Shown: in pieces, positions 24,858 to 37,151 of the stretch
Numbering within the stretch: the first letter of the stretch is position 1
How the letters are laid out: each line of letters opens with the position of its first letter
DNA from: Escherichia coli
Lineage (GTDB): Bacteria > Pseudomonadota > Gammaproteobacteria > Enterobacterales > Enterobacteriaceae
Assembly: GCF_048403405.1 (NCBI RefSeq)
Contig: NZ_CP183129.1
Reading direction: 5' to 3' (one strand)
Length of the DNA: 64,000 nt
Made by a program: the position numbers and the translations under genes
The notes under the pieces: generated by a model
Told to the model about the DNA's origin: nothing
What the model saw: only the letters and a program-made list of their open reading frames with translations
Database searches by the model: none

Positions 24858-25251
24858 ACGCTGGTTGTTGGCAGGTATTGCATTGTGCCTTTTAACCGGT
24901 ATGCGTGACCCTTTTAAACCGCCGGAAGATCTATGCCGGATTAGCGAACTTAGCCAGTGGCGCTATCAGGGGATGGTAGGGCGAGGCGAGCGCATCATCG
25001 GTGTAATAAAAGACGGGCAAAAAAAATGGCGACGGGTGCAGCAAAACGATGTGCTGGAAAACGGCTGGACGATCTTACAGCTAACGCCAGACGCACTAAC
25101 GCTGGGAACCGGGACAAACTGCGAACCGCCACACTGGTTGTGGCAACGGCAAGGAGATACAAATGAAGCAATGGATAGCCGCACTACTGTTGATGCTTAT
25201 ACCCGGCGTACAGGCGGCAAAGCCGCAAAAAGTGACGCTGATGGTGGATGA
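24847..25251 (+). CDS. hofP: type IV pilus assembly protein HofP (PilP-like)
   Basis: 134 aa from MRGKRWLLAGIALCLLTG (lipoprotein-like signal). Confidence 0.8.
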   Translation: MRGKRWLLAGIALCLLTGMRDPFKPPEDLCRISELSQWRYQGMVGRGERIIGVIKDGQKKWRRVQQNDVLENGWTILQLTPDALTLGTGTNCEPPHWLWQRQGDTNEAMDSRTTVDAYTRRTGGKAAKSDADGG

Positions 25252-26401
25252 CGTTCCGGTAGCTCAGGTGTTGCAGGCGCTGGCTGAACAGGAGAAGTTG
25301 AACCTGGTCGTGTCGCCAGACGTCAGCGGTACGGTGTCGTTACATCTAACAGATGTTCCCTGGAAGCAGGCACTACAAACTGTAGTAAAAAGCGCCGGAC
25401 TGATAACGCGGCAGGAAGGCAACATTCTCTCGGTGCATTCCGTTGCCTGGCAGAATGACAATATCGCCCGTCAGGAGGCGGAGCAGGCGCGGGCGCAGGC
25501 AAATCTGCCGCTGGAAAATCGCAATATTACTCTGCAATACGCCGACGCCGGAGAGCTGGCGAAAGCGGGGGAGAAGCTACTGAGTGCCAAAGGGAGTATG
25601 ACCGTCGATAAACGCACCAATCGCCTTTTGCTGCGAGATAACAAAGCGGCGTTAAGCGCGCTTGAACAGTGGGTAGCGCAAATGGATCTGCCGGTCGGGC
25701 AGGTTGAGCTGTCGGCGCATATTGTCACCATTAATGAAAAAAGTTTGCGTGAGTTAGGCGTGAAATGGACGTTGGCTGATGCGCAACAAGCTGGTGGCGT
25801 TGGGCAAGTCACCACGCTTGGCAGCGACCTCTCCGTAGCGACGGCGACAACGCATGTCGGTTTTAACATTGGACGCATCAACGGACGTTTACTGGATCTT
25901 GAGCTTTCCGCGCTCGAACAAAAACAGCAGCTGGATATTATCGCCAGTCCGCGTCTGCTTGCCTCACATCTTCAGCCTGCCAGCATTAAACAGGGGAGCG
26001 AAATTCCATATCAGGTTTCCAGCGGGGAAAGTGGCGCGACGTCGGTGGAATTTAAAGAGGCCGTCCTGGGGATGGAAGTTACGCCCACGGTGTTACAAAA
26101 AGGTCGCATCCGGCTGAAATTACACATCAGCCAGAACGTTCCGGGGCAGGTGCTACAGCAGGCCGATGGCGAAGTGTTGGCGATTGATAAGCAGGAGATC
26201 GAAACGCAGGTCGAGGTCAAAAGCGGAGAAACGTTGGCGCTGGGCGGCATTTTTACCCGTAAAAATAAATCGGGTCAGGATAGCGTACCGTTGCTTGGCG
26301 ACATTCCCTGGTTCGGGCAATTATTTCGTCATGACGGAAAAGAAGATGAACGACGCGAGTTAGTGGTGTTTATCACGCCACGACTGGTTTCCAGTGAGTA
26401 A
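25163..26401 (+). CDS. hofQ: secretin HofQ (PilQ/ComE-like outer membrane channel)
   Basis: 412-aa ORF with signal peptide and secretin domain; last gene of hof cluster. Confidence 0.9.
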   Translation: MKQWIAALLLMLIPGVQAAKPQKVTLMVDDVPVAQVLQALAEQEKLNLVVSPDVSGTVSLHLTDVPWKQALQTVVKSAGLITRQEGNILSVHSVAWQNDNIARQEAEQARAQANLPLENRNITLQYADAGELAKAGEKLLSAKGSMTVDKRTNRLLLRDNKAALSALEQWVAQMDLPVGQVELSAHIVTINEKSLRELGVKWTLADAQQAGGVGQVTTLGSDLSVATATTHVGFNIGRINGRLLDLELSALEQKQQLDIIASPRLLASHLQPASIKQGSEIPYQVSSGESGATSVEFKEAVLGMEVTPTVLQKGRIRLKLHISQNVPGQVLQQADGEVLAIDKQEIETQVEVKSGETLALGGIFTRKNKSGQDSVPLLGDIPWFGQLFRHDGKEDERRELVVFITPRLVSSE

Positions 26402-26801
26402 ACAGCCGTAAAAGCGGTAATGTTTTTGCGCTGAACGTGTTTCATCTATTTGACGCGCGCAGGTATTTAGCATACAAGGAGTACCGATTTGAGAGTTGGT
26501 GCTCTTCGCTGCCTGCGTTCCATGATGATGATTTATCATTCAGGCGGCATTTTGCTGTCTTTTTTACGCTAATCTTACCCGGTGATTTATCGCCAGAGCG
26601 GTGGTAGCAAGGCAGCGCGCTTGCAGCGACCAGATATGCAGAGGGATGGGTGATTTATTCAGTTGCCAAACCCGCTGGAGTATTGAGATAATTTTCAGTC
26701 TGACTCTCGCAATATCTTATGAGGTTTCAGTTCATGTCCTGCGGCGCTCTCTGAGCGAAGCGGGTTTATCATTAACGAATAGTCTTAGTAGTACCGAAAA
26801 A

Positions 26802-27323
26802 ATGGCAGAGAAACGCAATATCTTTCTGGTTGGGCCTATGGGTGCCGGAAAAAGCACTATTGGGCGCCAGTTAGCTCAACAACTCAATATGGAATTTTAC
26901 GATTCCGATCAAGAGATTGAGAAACGAACCGGAGCTGATGTGGGCTGGGTTTTCGATTTAGAAGGCGAAGAAGGCTTCCGCGATCGCGAAGAAAAGGTCA
27001 TCAATGAGTTGACCGAGAAACAGGGTATTGTGCTGGCTACTGGCGGCGGCTCTGTGAAATCCCGCGAAACGCGTAACCGTCTTTCCGCACGTGGCGTTGT
27101 CGTTTATCTTGAAACGACCATCGAAAAGCAACTTGCACGCACGCAGCGTGATAAAAAACGCCCGTTGCTGCACGTTGAAACACCGCCGCGTGAAGTTCTG
27201 GAAGCGTTGGCCAATGAACGCAATCCGCTGTATGAAGAGATTGCCGACGTGACCATTCGTACTGATGATCAAAGCGCTAAAGTGGTCGCAAACCAGATTA
27301 TTCACATGCTGGAAAGCAACTAA
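26802..27323 (+). CDS. aroK: shikimate kinase I
   Basis: 173 aa from [22 protein letters not shown] (P-loop); the longer 240-aa ORF is an in-frame upstream extension. Confidence 0.93.
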   Translation: MAEKRNIFLVGPMGAGKSTIGRQLAQQLNMEFYDSDQEIEKRTGADVGWVFDLEGEEGFRDREEKVINELTEKQGIVLATGGGSVKSRETRNRLSARGVVVYLETTIEKQLARTQRDKKRPLLHVETPPREVLEALANERNPLYEEIADVTIRTDDQSAKVVANQIIHMLESN

Positions 27324-27379
27324 TTCTGGCTTTATATACACTCGTCTGCGGGTACAGTAATTAAGGTGGATGTCGCGTT

Positions 27380-28468
27380 ATGGAGAGGATTGTCGTTACT
27401 CTCGGGGAACGTAGTTACCCAATTACCATCGCATCTGGTTTGTTTAATGAACCAGCTTCATTCTTACCGCTGAAATCGGGCGAGCAGGTCATGTTGGTTA
27501 CCAACGAAACCCTGGCTCCTCTGTATCTCGATAAGGTCCGCGGCGTACTTGAACAGGCGGGTGTTAACGTCGATAGCGTTATCCTCCCTGACGGCGAGCA
27601 GTATAAAAGCCTGGCTGTACTCGATACCGTCTTTACGGCGTTGTTACAAAAACCGCATGGTCGCGATACTACGCTGGTGGCGCTTGGCGGCGGCGTAGTG
27701 GGCGATCTGACCGGCTTTGCGGCGGCGAGTTATCAGCGCGGTGTACGTTTCATTCAAGTCCCGACGACGTTACTGTCGCAGGTCGATTCCTCCGTTGGCG
27801 GCAAAACTGCGGTCAACCATCCCCTCGGTAAAAACATGATTGGCGCGTTCTACCAGCCTGCTTCAGTGGTGGTGGATCTCGACTGTCTGAAAACGCTTCC
27901 CCCGCGTGAGTTAGCGTCGGGGCTGGCAGAAGTCATCAAATACGGCATTATTCTTGACGGTGCGTTTTTCAACTGGCTGGAAGAGAATCTGGATGCGTTG
28001 TTGCGTCTGGACGGTCCGGCAATGGCGTACTGTATTCGCCGTTGTTGTGAACTGAAGGCAGAAGTTGTCGCCGCCGACGAGCGCGAAACCGGGTTACGTG
28101 CTTTACTGAATCTGGGACATACCTTTGGTCATGCCATTGAAGCTGAAATGGGGTATGGCAATTGGTTACACGGTGAAGCGGTCGCTGCGGGTATGGTGAT
28201 GGCGGCGCGGACGTCGCAACGTCTCGGGCAGTTTAGTTCTGCCGAAACGCAGCGTATTATAACCCTGCTCACGCGGGCTGGGTTACCGGTCAATGGGCCG
28301 CGCGAAATGTCTGCGCAGGCGTATTTACCGCACATGCTGCGTGACAAGAAAGTCCTTGCGGGAGAGATGCGCTTAATTCTTCCGTTGGCAATTGGTAAGA
28401 GTGAAGTTCGCAGCGGCGTTTCGCACGAGCTTGTTCTTAACGCCATTGCCGATTGTCAATCAGCGTAA
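27380..28468 (+). CDS. aroB: 3-dehydroquinate synthase
   Basis: 362-aa ORF matching E. coli AroB. Confidence 0.95.
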   Translation: MERIVVTLGERSYPITIASGLFNEPASFLPLKSGEQVMLVTNETLAPLYLDKVRGVLEQAGVNVDSVILPDGEQYKSLAVLDTVFTALLQKPHGRDTTLVALGGGVVGDLTGFAAASYQRGVRFIQVPTTLLSQVDSSVGGKTAVNHPLGKNMIGAFYQPASVVVDLDCLKTLPPRELASGLAEVIKYGIILDGAFFNWLEENLDALLRLDGPAMAYCIRRCCELKAEVVAADERETGLRALLNLGHTFGHAIEAEMGYGNWLHGEAVAAGMVMAARTSQRLGQFSSAETQRIITLLTRAGLPVNGPREMSAQAYLPHMLRDKKVLAGEMRLILPLAIGKSEVRSGVSHELVLNAIADCQSA

Positions 28469-28559
28469 CAACAAGAAAGGTCAGGCCGCTTATCAAGCGG
28501 TCTATTAGCTTCAGGTTAATTGCAACGTGGTAAGCATTAACCTTTTAGTGGGGTGTTAA

Positions 28560-29846
28560 ATGGATGAATTCAAACCAGAAGACGAGCTGAAACCCGATCC
28601 CAGCGATCGTCGTACTGGTCGTTCTCGTCAATCTTCTGAACGTTCTGAGCGTACTGAACGTGGCGAACCGCAGATCAATTTTGATGATATTGAACTTGAT
28701 GACACTGACGATCGCCGTCCGACTCGTGCGCAAAAAGAGCGCAATGAGGAACCGGAACTCGAAGAAGAAATTGACGAATCCGAAGATGAAACCGTGGATG
28801 AAGAGCGCGTAGAGCGTCGTCCGCGTAAGCGCAAAAAAGCAGCCAGTAAACCCGCTTCTCGTCAGTATATGATGATGGGCGTCGGCATTCTGGTTCTCCT
28901 GCTGTTGATCATCGGTATCGGTTCTGCGCTAAAAGCCCCCTCGACCTCTTCCAGCGATCAAACCGCGTCTGGCGAGAAGAGTATTGATCTTGCTGGCAAT
29001 GCGACCGATCAGGCGAATGGCGTGCAGCCAGCGCCGGGAACCACGTCTGCGGAAAATACTCAGCAGGATGTTTCTCTGCCGCCGATCTCTTCTACGCCGA
29101 CTCAAGGGCAAACCCCGGCGGCAATGGATGGTCAACAACGTGTTGAAGTGCAGGGTGACCTGAACAATGCGCTGACCCAGCCACAAAATCAGCAACAGTT
29201 GAACAATGTGGCGGTCAATTCCACGTTGCCGACTGAACCCGCGACTGTCGCGCCTGTTCGCAATGGCAATGCATCGCGTGACACGGCGAAAACGCAAACC
29301 GCTGAACGTCCGGCCACTACGCGTCCAGCTCGCCAGCAGGCGGTGATTGAACCGAAAAAACCGCAAGCAACCGTGAAAACGGAGCCGAAGCCGGTAGCAC
29401 AGACGCCGAAGCGTACTGAACCAGCTGCTCCTGTGGCAAGCACGAAGGCACCGGCTGCGACTTCTACGCCAGCACCAAAAGAGACGGCGACTACGGCTCC
29501 AGTACAGACGGCATCCCCGGCGCAAACCACGGCAACACCAGCCGCTGGAGGGAAGACCGCAGGTAATGTTGGTTCGTTGAAATCGGCACCGTCCAGCCAT
29601 TACACTCTGCAGCTGAGCAGTTCCTCTAACTACGACAACCTGAACGGTTGGGCGAAGAAAGAGAATCTGAAAAACTACGTTGTCTATGAAACGACGCGTA
29701 ATGGTCAGCCGTGGTATGTCCTGGTTTCTGGCGTGTACGCTTCGAAAGAAGAGGCGAAAAAAGCGGTATCTACATTGCCAGCAGATGTTCAGGCCAAAAA
29801 CCCGTGGGCGAAACCGCTGCGTCAGGTACAGGCCGATCTGAAGTAA
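28560..29846 (+). CDS. damX: cell division protein DamX (SPOR domain)
   Basis: 428-aa ORF; acidic N-terminus, TM helix, long P/T/A/Q-rich linker, C-terminal SPOR domain. Confidence 0.92.
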   Translation: MDEFKPEDELKPDPSDRRTGRSRQSSERSERTERGEPQINFDDIELDDTDDRRPTRAQKERNEEPELEEEIDESEDETVDEERVERRPRKRKKAASKPASRQYMMMGVGILVLLLLIIGIGSALKAPSTSSSDQTASGEKSIDLAGNATDQANGVQPAPGTTSAENTQQDVSLPPISSTPTQGQTPAAMDGQQRVEVQGDLNNALTQPQNQQQLNNVAVNSTLPTEPATVAPVRNGNASRDTAKTQTAERPATTRPARQQAVIEPKKPQATVKTEPKPVAQTPKRTEPAAPVASTKAPAATSTPAPKETATTAPVQTASPAQTTATPAAGGKTAGNVGSLKSAPSSHYTLQLSSSSNYDNLNGWAKKENLKNYVVYETTRNGQPWYVLVSGVYASKEEAKKAVSTLPADVQAKNPWAKPLRQVQADLK

Positions 29847-29952
29847 TCAAGGTTATCTCCCGCAATGGTTTATCGTTGCGGGAGTTGCCTGAAGCGCTGG
29901 ATGCTGTCGGAGCTTTCTCCACAGCCGGAGAAGGTGTAATTAGTTAGTCAGC

Positions 29953-30789
29953 ATGAAGAAAAATCGCGCTTTTTTGAAGTGGGCAGGGGGCAAGTATCCC
30001 CTGCTTGATGATATTAAACGGCATTTGCCCAAGGGCGAATGTCTGGTTGAGCCTTTTGTAGGTGCCGGGTCGGTGTTTCTCAACACCGACTTTTCTCGTT
30101 ATATCCTTGCCGATATCAATAGCGACCTGATCAGTCTCTATAACATTGTGAAGATGCGTACTGATGAGTACGTACAGGCCGCACGCGAGCTGTTTGTTCC
30201 CGAAACAAATTGCGCCGAGGTTTACTATCAGTTCCGCGAAGAGTTCAACAAAAGCCAGGATCCGTTCCGTCGGGCGGTACTGTTTTTATATTTGAACCGC
30301 TACGGTTACAACGGCCTGTGTCGTTACAATCTGCGCGGTGAGTTTAACGTGCCGTTTGGCCGCTACAAAAAACCCTATTTCCCGGAAGCAGAGTTGTATC
30401 ACTTCGCTGAAAAAGCGCAGAATGCCTTTTTCTATTGTGAGTCTTACGCCGATAGCATGGCGCGCGCAGATGATGCATCCGTCGTCTATTGCGATCCGCC
30501 TTATGCGCCGCTGTCTGCGACTGCCAACTTTACGGCGTATCACACAAACAGTTTTACGCTTGAACAACAAGCGCATCTGGCGGAGATCGCCGAAGGTCTG
30601 GTTGATCGCCATATTCCAGTGCTGATCTCCAATCACGATACGATGTTAACGCGTGAGTGGTATCAGCGCGCAAAATTGCATGTCGTCAAAGTTCGACGCA
30701 GTATAAGCAGCAACGGCGGCACACGTAAAAAGGTGGACGAACTGCTGGCTTTGTACAAACCAGGAGTCGTTTCACCCGCGAAAAAATAA
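29953..30789 (+). CDS. dam: DNA adenine methyltransferase (GATC)
   Basis: 278-aa ORF with DPPY catalytic motif ([10 protein letters not shown]) and FxGxG SAM site. Confidence 0.96.
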   Translation: MKKNRAFLKWAGGKYPLLDDIKRHLPKGECLVEPFVGAGSVFLNTDFSRYILADINSDLISLYNIVKMRTDEYVQAARELFVPETNCAEVYYQFREEFNKSQDPFRRAVLFLYLNRYGYNGLCRYNLRGEFNVPFGRYKKPYFPEAELYHFAEKAQNAFFYCESYADSMARADDASVVYCDPPYAPLSATANFTAYHTNSFTLEQQAHLAEIAEGLVDRHIPVLISNHDTMLTREWYQRAKLHVVKVRRSISSNGGTRKKVDELLALYKPGVVSPAKK

Positions 30790-30806
30790 TTCTCAAGGAG
30801 AAGCGG

Positions 30807-31484
30807 ATGAAACAGTATTTGATTGCCCCCTCAATTCTGTCGGCTGATTTTGCCCGCCTGGGTGAAGATACCGCAAAAGCCCTGGCAGCTGGCGCTGATG
30901 TCGTGCATTTTGACGTCATGGATAACCACTATGTTCCCAATCTGACGATTGGGCCAATGGTGCTGAAATCCTTGCGTAATTACGGCATTACCGCCCCTAT
31001 CGACGTACACCTGATGGTGAAACCTGTCGATCGCATTGTGCCTGATTTCGCTGCCGCTGGTGCCAGCATCATTACCTTTCATCCAGAAGCCTCCGAGCAT
31101 GTTGACCGCACGCTGCAACTGATTAAAGAAAATGGCTGTAAAGCGGGTCTGGTATTTAACCCGGCGACACCTCTGAGCTATCTGGATTACGTGATGGATA
31201 AGTTGGATGTGATCCTGCTGATGTCCGTCAACCCTGGTTTCGGCGGTCAGTCTTTCATTCCGCAAACACTGGATAAACTGCGCGAAGTACGTCGTCGTAT
31301 CGACGAGTCTGGCTTTGACATTCGACTGGAAGTGGACGGTGGCGTGAAGGTGAACAACATTGGCGAAATCGCTGCGGCGGGCGCGGATATGTTCGTCGCC
31401 GGTTCGGCAATCTTCGACCAGCCAGACTACAAAAAAGTCATTGATGAAATGCGCAGTGAACTGGCAAAGGTAAGTCATGAATAA
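30807..31484 (+). CDS. rpe: ribulose-phosphate 3-epimerase
   Basis: 225-aa ORF matching E. coli Rpe. Confidence 0.95.
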   Translation: MKQYLIAPSILSADFARLGEDTAKALAAGADVVHFDVMDNHYVPNLTIGPMVLKSLRNYGITAPIDVHLMVKPVDRIVPDFAAAGASIITFHPEASEHVDRTLQLIKENGCKAGLVFNPATPLSYLDYVMDKLDVILLMSVNPGFGGQSFIPQTLDKLREVRRRIDESGFDIRLEVDGGVKVNNIGEIAAAGADMFVAGSAIFDQPDYKKVIDEMRSELAKVSHE

Positions 31485-32235
31485 GTTTGAAGATATTCGC
31501 GGCGTCGCTTTTGATCTCGATGGTACGCTGGTGGACAGTGCTCCTGGCTTGGCTACCGCAGTAGATATGGCGCTGTATGCGCTGGAGTTGCCCGTCGCAG
31601 GTGAAGAACGCGTTATAACCTGGATTGGTAACGGCGCAGATGTTCTGATGGAGCGCGCATTGACCTGGGCGCGTCAGGAACGTGCGACTCTGCGTAAAAC
31701 AATGGGTAAACCGCCCGTTGATGACGACATTCCGGCAGAAGAACAGGTACGTATTCTGCGTAAATTGTTCGATCGCTACTATGGCGAGGTTGCCGAAGAG
31801 GGGACGTTTTTGTTCCCGCACGTTGCCGATACGCTGGGCGCATTGCAGGCTAAAGGCCTGCCGTTGGGCCTGGTCACCAACAAACCGACGCCGTTCGTCG
31901 CGCCGCTGCTCGAAGCCTTAGATATCGCCAAATACTTCAGCGTGGTTATCGGCGGTGATGATGTGCAAAACAAAAAACCGCATCCGGACCCGCTGTTACT
32001 GGTGGCTGAGCGGATGGGAATTGCCCCACAACAGATGCTGTTTGTTGGCGACTCACGCAATGATATTCAGGCAGCAAAAGCGGCAGGTTGCCCATCAGTT
32101 GGCTTAACCTACGGATATAACTACGGCGAGGCTATCGATCTCAGCCAGCCTGATGTAATTTATCAGTCTATAAATGACCTTCTGCCCGCATTAGGGCTTC
32201 CGCATAGCGAAAATCAGGAATCGAAAAATGACTAA
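31477..32235 (+). CDS. gph: phosphoglycolate phosphatase
   Basis: 252-aa ORF, HAD motif [10 protein letters not shown]. Confidence 0.94.
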   Translation: MNKFEDIRGVAFDLDGTLVDSAPGLATAVDMALYALELPVAGEERVITWIGNGADVLMERALTWARQERATLRKTMGKPPVDDDIPAEEQVRILRKLFDRYYGEVAEEGTFLFPHVADTLGALQAKGLPLGLVTNKPTPFVAPLLEALDIAKYFSVVIGGDDVQNKKPHPDPLLLVAERMGIAPQQMLFVGDSRNDIQAAKAAGCPSVGLTYGYNYGEAIDLSQPDVIYQSINDLLPALGLPHSENQESKND

Positions 32236-33232
32236 GCCCATCGTTTTTAGTGGCGCACAGCCCTCAGGTGAATTGACCATTGGTAACTACATGGGTGCGC
32301 TGCGTCAGTGGGTAAACATGCAGGATGACTACCATTGCATTTACTGTATCGTTGACCAACACGCGATCACCGTGCGCCAGGATGCACAGAAGCTGCGTAA
32401 AGCGACGCTGGATACGCTGGCCTTGTATCTGGCTTGTGGTATCGATCCTGAGAAAAGCACCATTTTTGTTCAGTCCCACGTGCCGGAACATGCGCAGTTA
32501 GGCTGGGCATTGAACTGCTATACCTACTTCGGCGAACTGAGCCGCATGACGCAGTTTAAAGATAAATCTGCGCGTTATGCCGAGAACATCAATGCTGGTC
32601 TGTTTGACTATCCGGTGCTGATGGCTGCGGACATCCTGCTGTATCAAACTAATCTGGTACCGGTGGGTGAAGACCAGAAACAGCACCTGGAACTGAGCCG
32701 CGATATCGCCCAGCGTTTCAACGCGCTGTATGGCGAGATCTTTAAAGTGCCGGAGCCGTTTATTCCGAAATCTGGCGCGCGCGTAATGTCGCTGCTGGAG
32801 CCGACCAAAAAGATGTCCAAGTCTGACGATAACCGCAATAACGTTATCGGCCTGCTGGAAGATCCGAAATCGGTAGTGAAGAAAATCAAACGCGCGGTCA
32901 CCGACTCCGACGAGCCGCCGGTAGTTCGCTACGACGTGCAGAACAAAGCGGGCGTTTCCAACCTGCTGGATATCCTTTCTGCTGTAACGGGCCAGAGCAT
33001 TCCGGAACTGGAAAAACAGTTCGAAGGCAAGATGTATGGTCATCTGAAAGGTGAAGTGGCTGATGCCGTTTCCGGTATGCTGACTGAATTGCAGGAACGC
33101 TATCACCGTTTCCGCAACGATGAAGCCTTCCTGCAACAGGTGATGAAAGATGGCGCGGAAAAAGCCAGCGCGCACGCTTCCCGTACGCTAAAAGCGGTGT
33201 ACGAAGCGATTGGTTTTGTGGCGAAGCCGTAA
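32228..33232 (+). CDS. trpS: tryptophan--tRNA ligase
   Basis: 334-aa ORF with class I KMSKS motif. Confidence 0.96.
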   Translation: MTKPIVFSGAQPSGELTIGNYMGALRQWVNMQDDYHCIYCIVDQHAITVRQDAQKLRKATLDTLALYLACGIDPEKSTIFVQSHVPEHAQLGWALNCYTYFGELSRMTQFKDKSARYAENINAGLFDYPVLMAADILLYQTNLVPVGEDQKQHLELSRDIAQRFNALYGEIFKVPEPFIPKSGARVMSLLEPTKKMSKSDDNRNNVIGLLEDPKSVVKKIKRAVTDSDEPPVVRYDVQNKAGVSNLLDILSAVTGQSIPELEKQFEGKMYGHLKGEVADAVSGMLTELQERYHRFRNDEAFLQQVMKDGAEKASAHASRTLKAVYEAIGFVAKP

Positions 33233-33246
33233 TTTAACATTAATGC

Positions 33247-33273
33247 CAAAAACCGGGGAAACCCGGTTTTTTT
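33247..33273. terminator. rho-independent terminator downstream of trpS
   Basis: aaaaaccggggaaacccggttttttt. Confidence 0.75.
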
Positions 33274-33392
33274 ATCCTCTTTTTGCAATAATCCGAAAAA
33301 ATGTGAAGCGCCTCGCCGTTTCCACATCTCGCAGTTGCCACTTATCTTCATTTTTATGAAGATATAAATATTCACTTTATTGAAAATTTACT

Positions 33393-34298
33393 ATGCGTCG
33401 AACGTTTATCAAAAAAGAAGGCGTCGTCATCACGACACTGGCCCGTTATTTGTTGGGTGAAAAGTGCGGTAATCGACTGAAAACCATAGATGAGCTGGCA
33501 ACTGAATGCCGTTCATCCGTTGGCCTGACGCAGGCCGCGTTGAAAACGCTGGAATCAAGCGGAGCGATACGGATAGAACGCCGTGGGCGTAATGGCAGTT
33601 ATCTGGTGGAAATGGATAACAAAGCGCTGCTGAGTCATGTGGATATCAACAATGTGGTGTGCGCGATGCCCTTGCCCTATACCCGTTTGTACGAAGGCCT
33701 GGCGAGCGGATTGAAAGCTCAGTTTGATGGTATTCCTTTTTACTATGCGCACATGCGCGGCGCGGATATTCGCGTGGAGTGTTTACTTAACGGCGTGTAT
33801 GACATGGCGGTTGTTTCCCGACTGGCGGCGGAAAGTTATCTCACGCAAAAAGGGTTATGCCTCGCGCTGGAGCTGGGGCCGCATACCTACGTTGGCGAGC
33901 ACCAGTTGATTTGCCGTAAAGGCGAGTCCGCAAACGTGAAGCGCGTGGGGCTGGATAACCGTTCGGCGGATCAGAAAATCATGACCGATGTCTTTTTTGG
34001 CGATAGTGATGTGGAACGTGTCGATCTCTCTTATCACGAGAGTTTACAACGCATTGTTAAAGGCGATGTTGATGCGGTGATCTGGAACGTGGTGGCGGAA
34101 AACGAACTGACCATGCTGGGATTAGAAGCGACGCCGCTCACAGACGATCCGCGATTTTTACAGGCCACCGAAGCCGTAGTTTTGACGCGAGTCGATGATT
34201 ACCCAATGCAACAATTGCTGCGTGCAGTTGTTGATAAACAGGCCCTGCTTGCCCATCAACAACGAGTGGTCAGTGGGGAACAGGAACCCAGTTATTAA
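33393..34298 (+). CDS. yhfZ: putative transcriptional regulator YhfZ
   Basis: 301-aa ORF in conserved position after trpS. Confidence 0.8.
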   Translation: MRRTFIKKEGVVITTLARYLLGEKCGNRLKTIDELATECRSSVGLTQAALKTLESSGAIRIERRGRNGSYLVEMDNKALLSHVDINNVVCAMPLPYTRLYEGLASGLKAQFDGIPFYYAHMRGADIRVECLLNGVYDMAVVSRLAAESYLTQKGLCLALELGPHTYVGEHQLICRKGESANVKRVGLDNRSADQKIMTDVFFGDSDVERVDLSYHESLQRIVKGDVDAVIWNVVAENELTMLGLEATPLTDDPRFLQATEAVVLTRVDDYPMQQLLRAVVDKQALLAHQQRVVSGEQEPSY

Positions 34299-34314
34299 AC
34301 GAAAGGCATCTGAA

Positions 34315-34677
34315 ATGGAAACCAGACTCAACCTGCTTTGCGATGCAGGCGTTATTGATAAGGACATCTGCAAAGGCATGATGCAGGTCGTCAATGTCCT
34401 GGAAACAGAGTGCCATCTACCGGTGCGCAGTGAGCAAGGAACGATGGCGATGACACATATGGCGAGTGCACTGATGCGCAGTCGCCGTGGTGAAGAAATA
34501 GAGCCGCTGGATGACGAATTGCTGGCAGAGCTGGCGCAATCCACTCACTGGCCAGCCATTTTACAATTGCATCAGGTGTTGTTGAAGGAATTCGCGCTGG
34601 AAGTTAACCCGTGTGAAGAAGGCTATTTGCTGGCCAACCTTTATGGATTATGGATGGCTGCTAACGAAGAGGTTTGA
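34315..34677 (+). CDS. yhfY: uncharacterised protein YhfY
   Basis: 120 aa from METRLNLLCDAGV (internal start of the 160-aa ORF). Confidence 0.75.
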   Translation: METRLNLLCDAGVIDKDICKGMMQVVNVLETECHLPVRSEQGTMAMTHMASALMRSRRGEEIEPLDDELLAELAQSTHWPAILQLHQVLLKEFALEVNPCEEGYLLANLYGLWMAANEEV

Positions 34678-34760
34678 AGCTCCCGACAAATCCACGTCGC
34701 ATAATCTAAATATTCAGAAAAATGAATATTTAATTCAAGGAACAGAAACGAGGCAACAAG

Positions 34761-35924
34761 ATGTTTGTAGAAGCATTGAAACGCCAGAACCCGGCGCTAA
34801 TTTCCGCCGCACTAAGCTTGTGGCAAAAGGGCAAGATCGCCCCGGACAGCTGGGTGATCGACGTGGATCAGATACTGGAAAACGGTAAGCGGCTGATTGA
34901 GACGGCGCGGCTTTACGGCATTGAACTGTATCTGATGACTAAGCAGTTTGGTCGTAATCCGTGGCTGGCGGAAAAACTGCTGCCATTAGGCTACAGCGGC
35001 ATTGTGGCGGTGGATTACAAAGAGGCGCGAGTCATGCGCCGCGCCGGTTTGCCGGTGGCGCATCAGGGGCATCTGGTACAAATCCCTTGTCATCAGGTTG
35101 CTGACGCCGTTGCACAGGGCACCGACGTCATCACCGTGTTTACTCTCGACAAAGCGCGGGAAGTTTCTGCGGCAGCGGTGAAGGCCGGACGTGTGCAGTC
35201 TGTGCTGCTCAAAGTTTATAGCGACGATGATTTTCTTTATCCGGGGCAGGAGAGCGGTTTTGTACAGCATTCGCTGCACGAGGTGGTTGCTGATATTAAG
35301 AAACTGCCGGGGCTGCATTTAGCCGGACTAACCCATTTCCCTTGCCTGCTTTGGGATGAGGCTGCCGGGAAAGTTTTGCCGACACCGAATCTTCACACGC
35401 TGGTACAAGCACGGGATCAACTGGCGAAATCTGGTATTGCGATTGAGCAACTGAACGCGCCTTCAGCGACCAGCTGCACTTCGCTGCCATTGCTGGCGGA
35501 ATACGGTGTGACTCATGCCGAACCCGGTCATGCGCTGACGGGCACTATTCCGGCAAACCAGCAGGGCGATCAGCCTGAACGTATCGCGATGCTCTGGTTA
35601 AGTGAAATCTCCCATCATTTTCGTGGCGACAGCTACTGCTACGGCGGCGGTTACTACCGTCGTGGTCACGCGCAACATGCGCTGGTGTTTACGCCAGAAA
35701 ATCAAAAGATTACTGAAACCAATCTCAAAACTGTGGATGACAGCAGTATCGACTACACCCTGCCGCTGGCAGGCGAGTTTCCGGTAAGCAGTGCAGTAGT
35801 GCTCTGTTTTCGCACGCAGATTTTTGTCACCCGTAGCGATGTGGTGCTGGTGTCTGGTATTCATCGTGGCGAACCGGAAATCGTCGGTCGTTATGACAGC
35901 CTCGGCAACCCTCTGGAGGCGTAA
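34761..35924 (+). CDS. yhfX: alanine racemase-fold PLP protein YhfX
   Basis: 387-aa ORF matching E. coli YhfX. Confidence 0.85.
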   Translation: MFVEALKRQNPALISAALSLWQKGKIAPDSWVIDVDQILENGKRLIETARLYGIELYLMTKQFGRNPWLAEKLLPLGYSGIVAVDYKEARVMRRAGLPVAHQGHLVQIPCHQVADAVAQGTDVITVFTLDKAREVSAAAVKAGRVQSVLLKVYSDDDFLYPGQESGFVQHSLHEVVADIKKLPGLHLAGLTHFPCLLWDEAAGKVLPTPNLHTLVQARDQLAKSGIAIEQLNAPSATSCTSLPLLAEYGVTHAEPGHALTGTIPANQQGDQPERIAMLWLSEISHHFRGDSYCYGGGYYRRGHAQHALVFTPENQKITETNLKTVDDSSIDYTLPLAGEFPVSSAVVLCFRTQIFVTRSDVVLVSGIHRGEPEIVGRYDSLGNPLEA

Positions 35925-37151
35925 ATGGCGCGATTTGTGGTGTTAGTGATTGATAGCTTTGGCGTAGGGGCAATGAAAGATGTCACGTTGGTGCGTCCGC
36001 AGGATGCCGGGGCGAATACCTGTGGTCACATCCTGAGCCAGTTGCCGCATTTGCAGCTATCAGCGCTGGAGAAGCTGGGGCTAATCAACGCATTGGGTTA
36101 TGCACCAGGTGATATGCAACCGTCAGATTCCGCAACCTGGGGGGTGGCAGAGCTGCAACATGAAGGTGGCGATACCTTTATGGGGCATCAGGAAATTTTA
36201 GGCACGCGCCCGTTACCGCCGCTGCGGATGCCTTTTCGCGATGTGATTGACCGTGTTGAGCAGGCATTAGTATCCGCCGGTTGGCAGGTGGAGCGCCGTG
36301 GCGATGATCTGCAATTTCTGTGGGTCAATCAGGCGGTTGCGATTGGCGATAATCTCGAGGCGGATTTAGGCCAGGTCTATAACATCACCGTCAATCTCTC
36401 TGTGATCTCTTTTGACGACGCAATCAAAATTGGTCGTATCGTGCGTGAGCAGGTACAGGTCGGTCGGGTCATTACATTTGGCGGCCTGTTAACTGACAGT
36501 CAACGCATTCTCGATGCCGCAGAAAGTAAAGAAGGGCGCTTTATTGGCATTAATGCGCCGCGTTCAGGCGCTTATGACAACGGCTTCCAGGTCGTGCATA
36601 TGGGCTACGGTGTTGATGAAAAAGTGCAGGTGCCGCAAAAACTGTATGAAGCGGGCGTGCCAACCGTGCTGGTGGGTAAGGTGGCGGATATCGTCAGCAA
36701 TCCTTATGGCGTGAGCTGGCAAAACCTGGTGGATAGCCAGCGGATTATGGATATCACCCTCGACGAATTTAACACGCATCCGACGGCGTTTATTTGCACC
36801 AATATCCAGGAAACCGACCTCGCTGGTCACGCGGAAGACGTCGCACGTTATGCCGAACGTTTGCAGGTCGTTGACCGTAACCTTGCCCGGCTTATTGAGG
36901 CGATGCAGCCAGATGATTGCCTGGTCGTGATGGCGGATCACGGTAACGATCCGACCATTGGTCACAGCCACCATACCCGCGAAGTGGTGCCAGTGCTGGT
37001 TTATCAGCAAGGGATGGTCGCTACGCAGCTCGGTGTGCGCACCACGCTTTCTGATGTGGGGGCTACCGTGTGTGAATTTTTCCGTGCGCCACCGCCACAA
37101 AATGGTCGCTCTTTTCTTTCCTCCCTCCGGTTTGCAGGAGACACCCTATGA
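35925..37151 (+). CDS. yhfW: phosphopentomutase-like metalloenzyme YhfW
   Basis: 408-aa ORF, start abuts yhfX stop. Confidence 0.85.
   Translation: MARFVVLVIDSFGVGAMKDVTLVRPQDAGANTCGHILSQLPHLQLSALEKLGLINALGYAPGDMQPSDSATWGVAELQHEGGDTFMGHQEILGTRPLPPLRMPFRDVIDRVEQALVSAGWQVERRGDDLQFLWVNQAVAIGDNLEADLGQVYNITVNLSVISFDDAIKIGRIVREQVQVGRVITFGGLLTDSQRILDAAESKEGRFIGINAPRSGAYDNGFQVVHMGYGVDEKVQVPQKLYEAGVPTVLVGKVADIVSNPYGVSWQNLVDSQRIMDITLDEFNTHPTAFICTNIQETDLAGHAEDVARYAERLQVVDRNLARLIEAMQPDDCLVVMADHGNDPTIGHSHHTREVVPVLVYQQGMVATQLGVRTTLSDVGATVCEFFRAPPPQNGRSFLSSLRFAGDTL

Noticed and set aside
26601-26801. In-frame upstream extension of aroK giving a 240-aa ORF
   Set aside because: Shikimate kinase starts at [18 protein letters not shown] (26802); the extension has no kinase similarity and is chance open frame in the promoter region.
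28929-29600. 223-aa Arg-rich minus-strand ORF
   Set aside because: Antisense to the low-complexity linker of damX; artefact of the repetitive P/T/A/Q-coding region.
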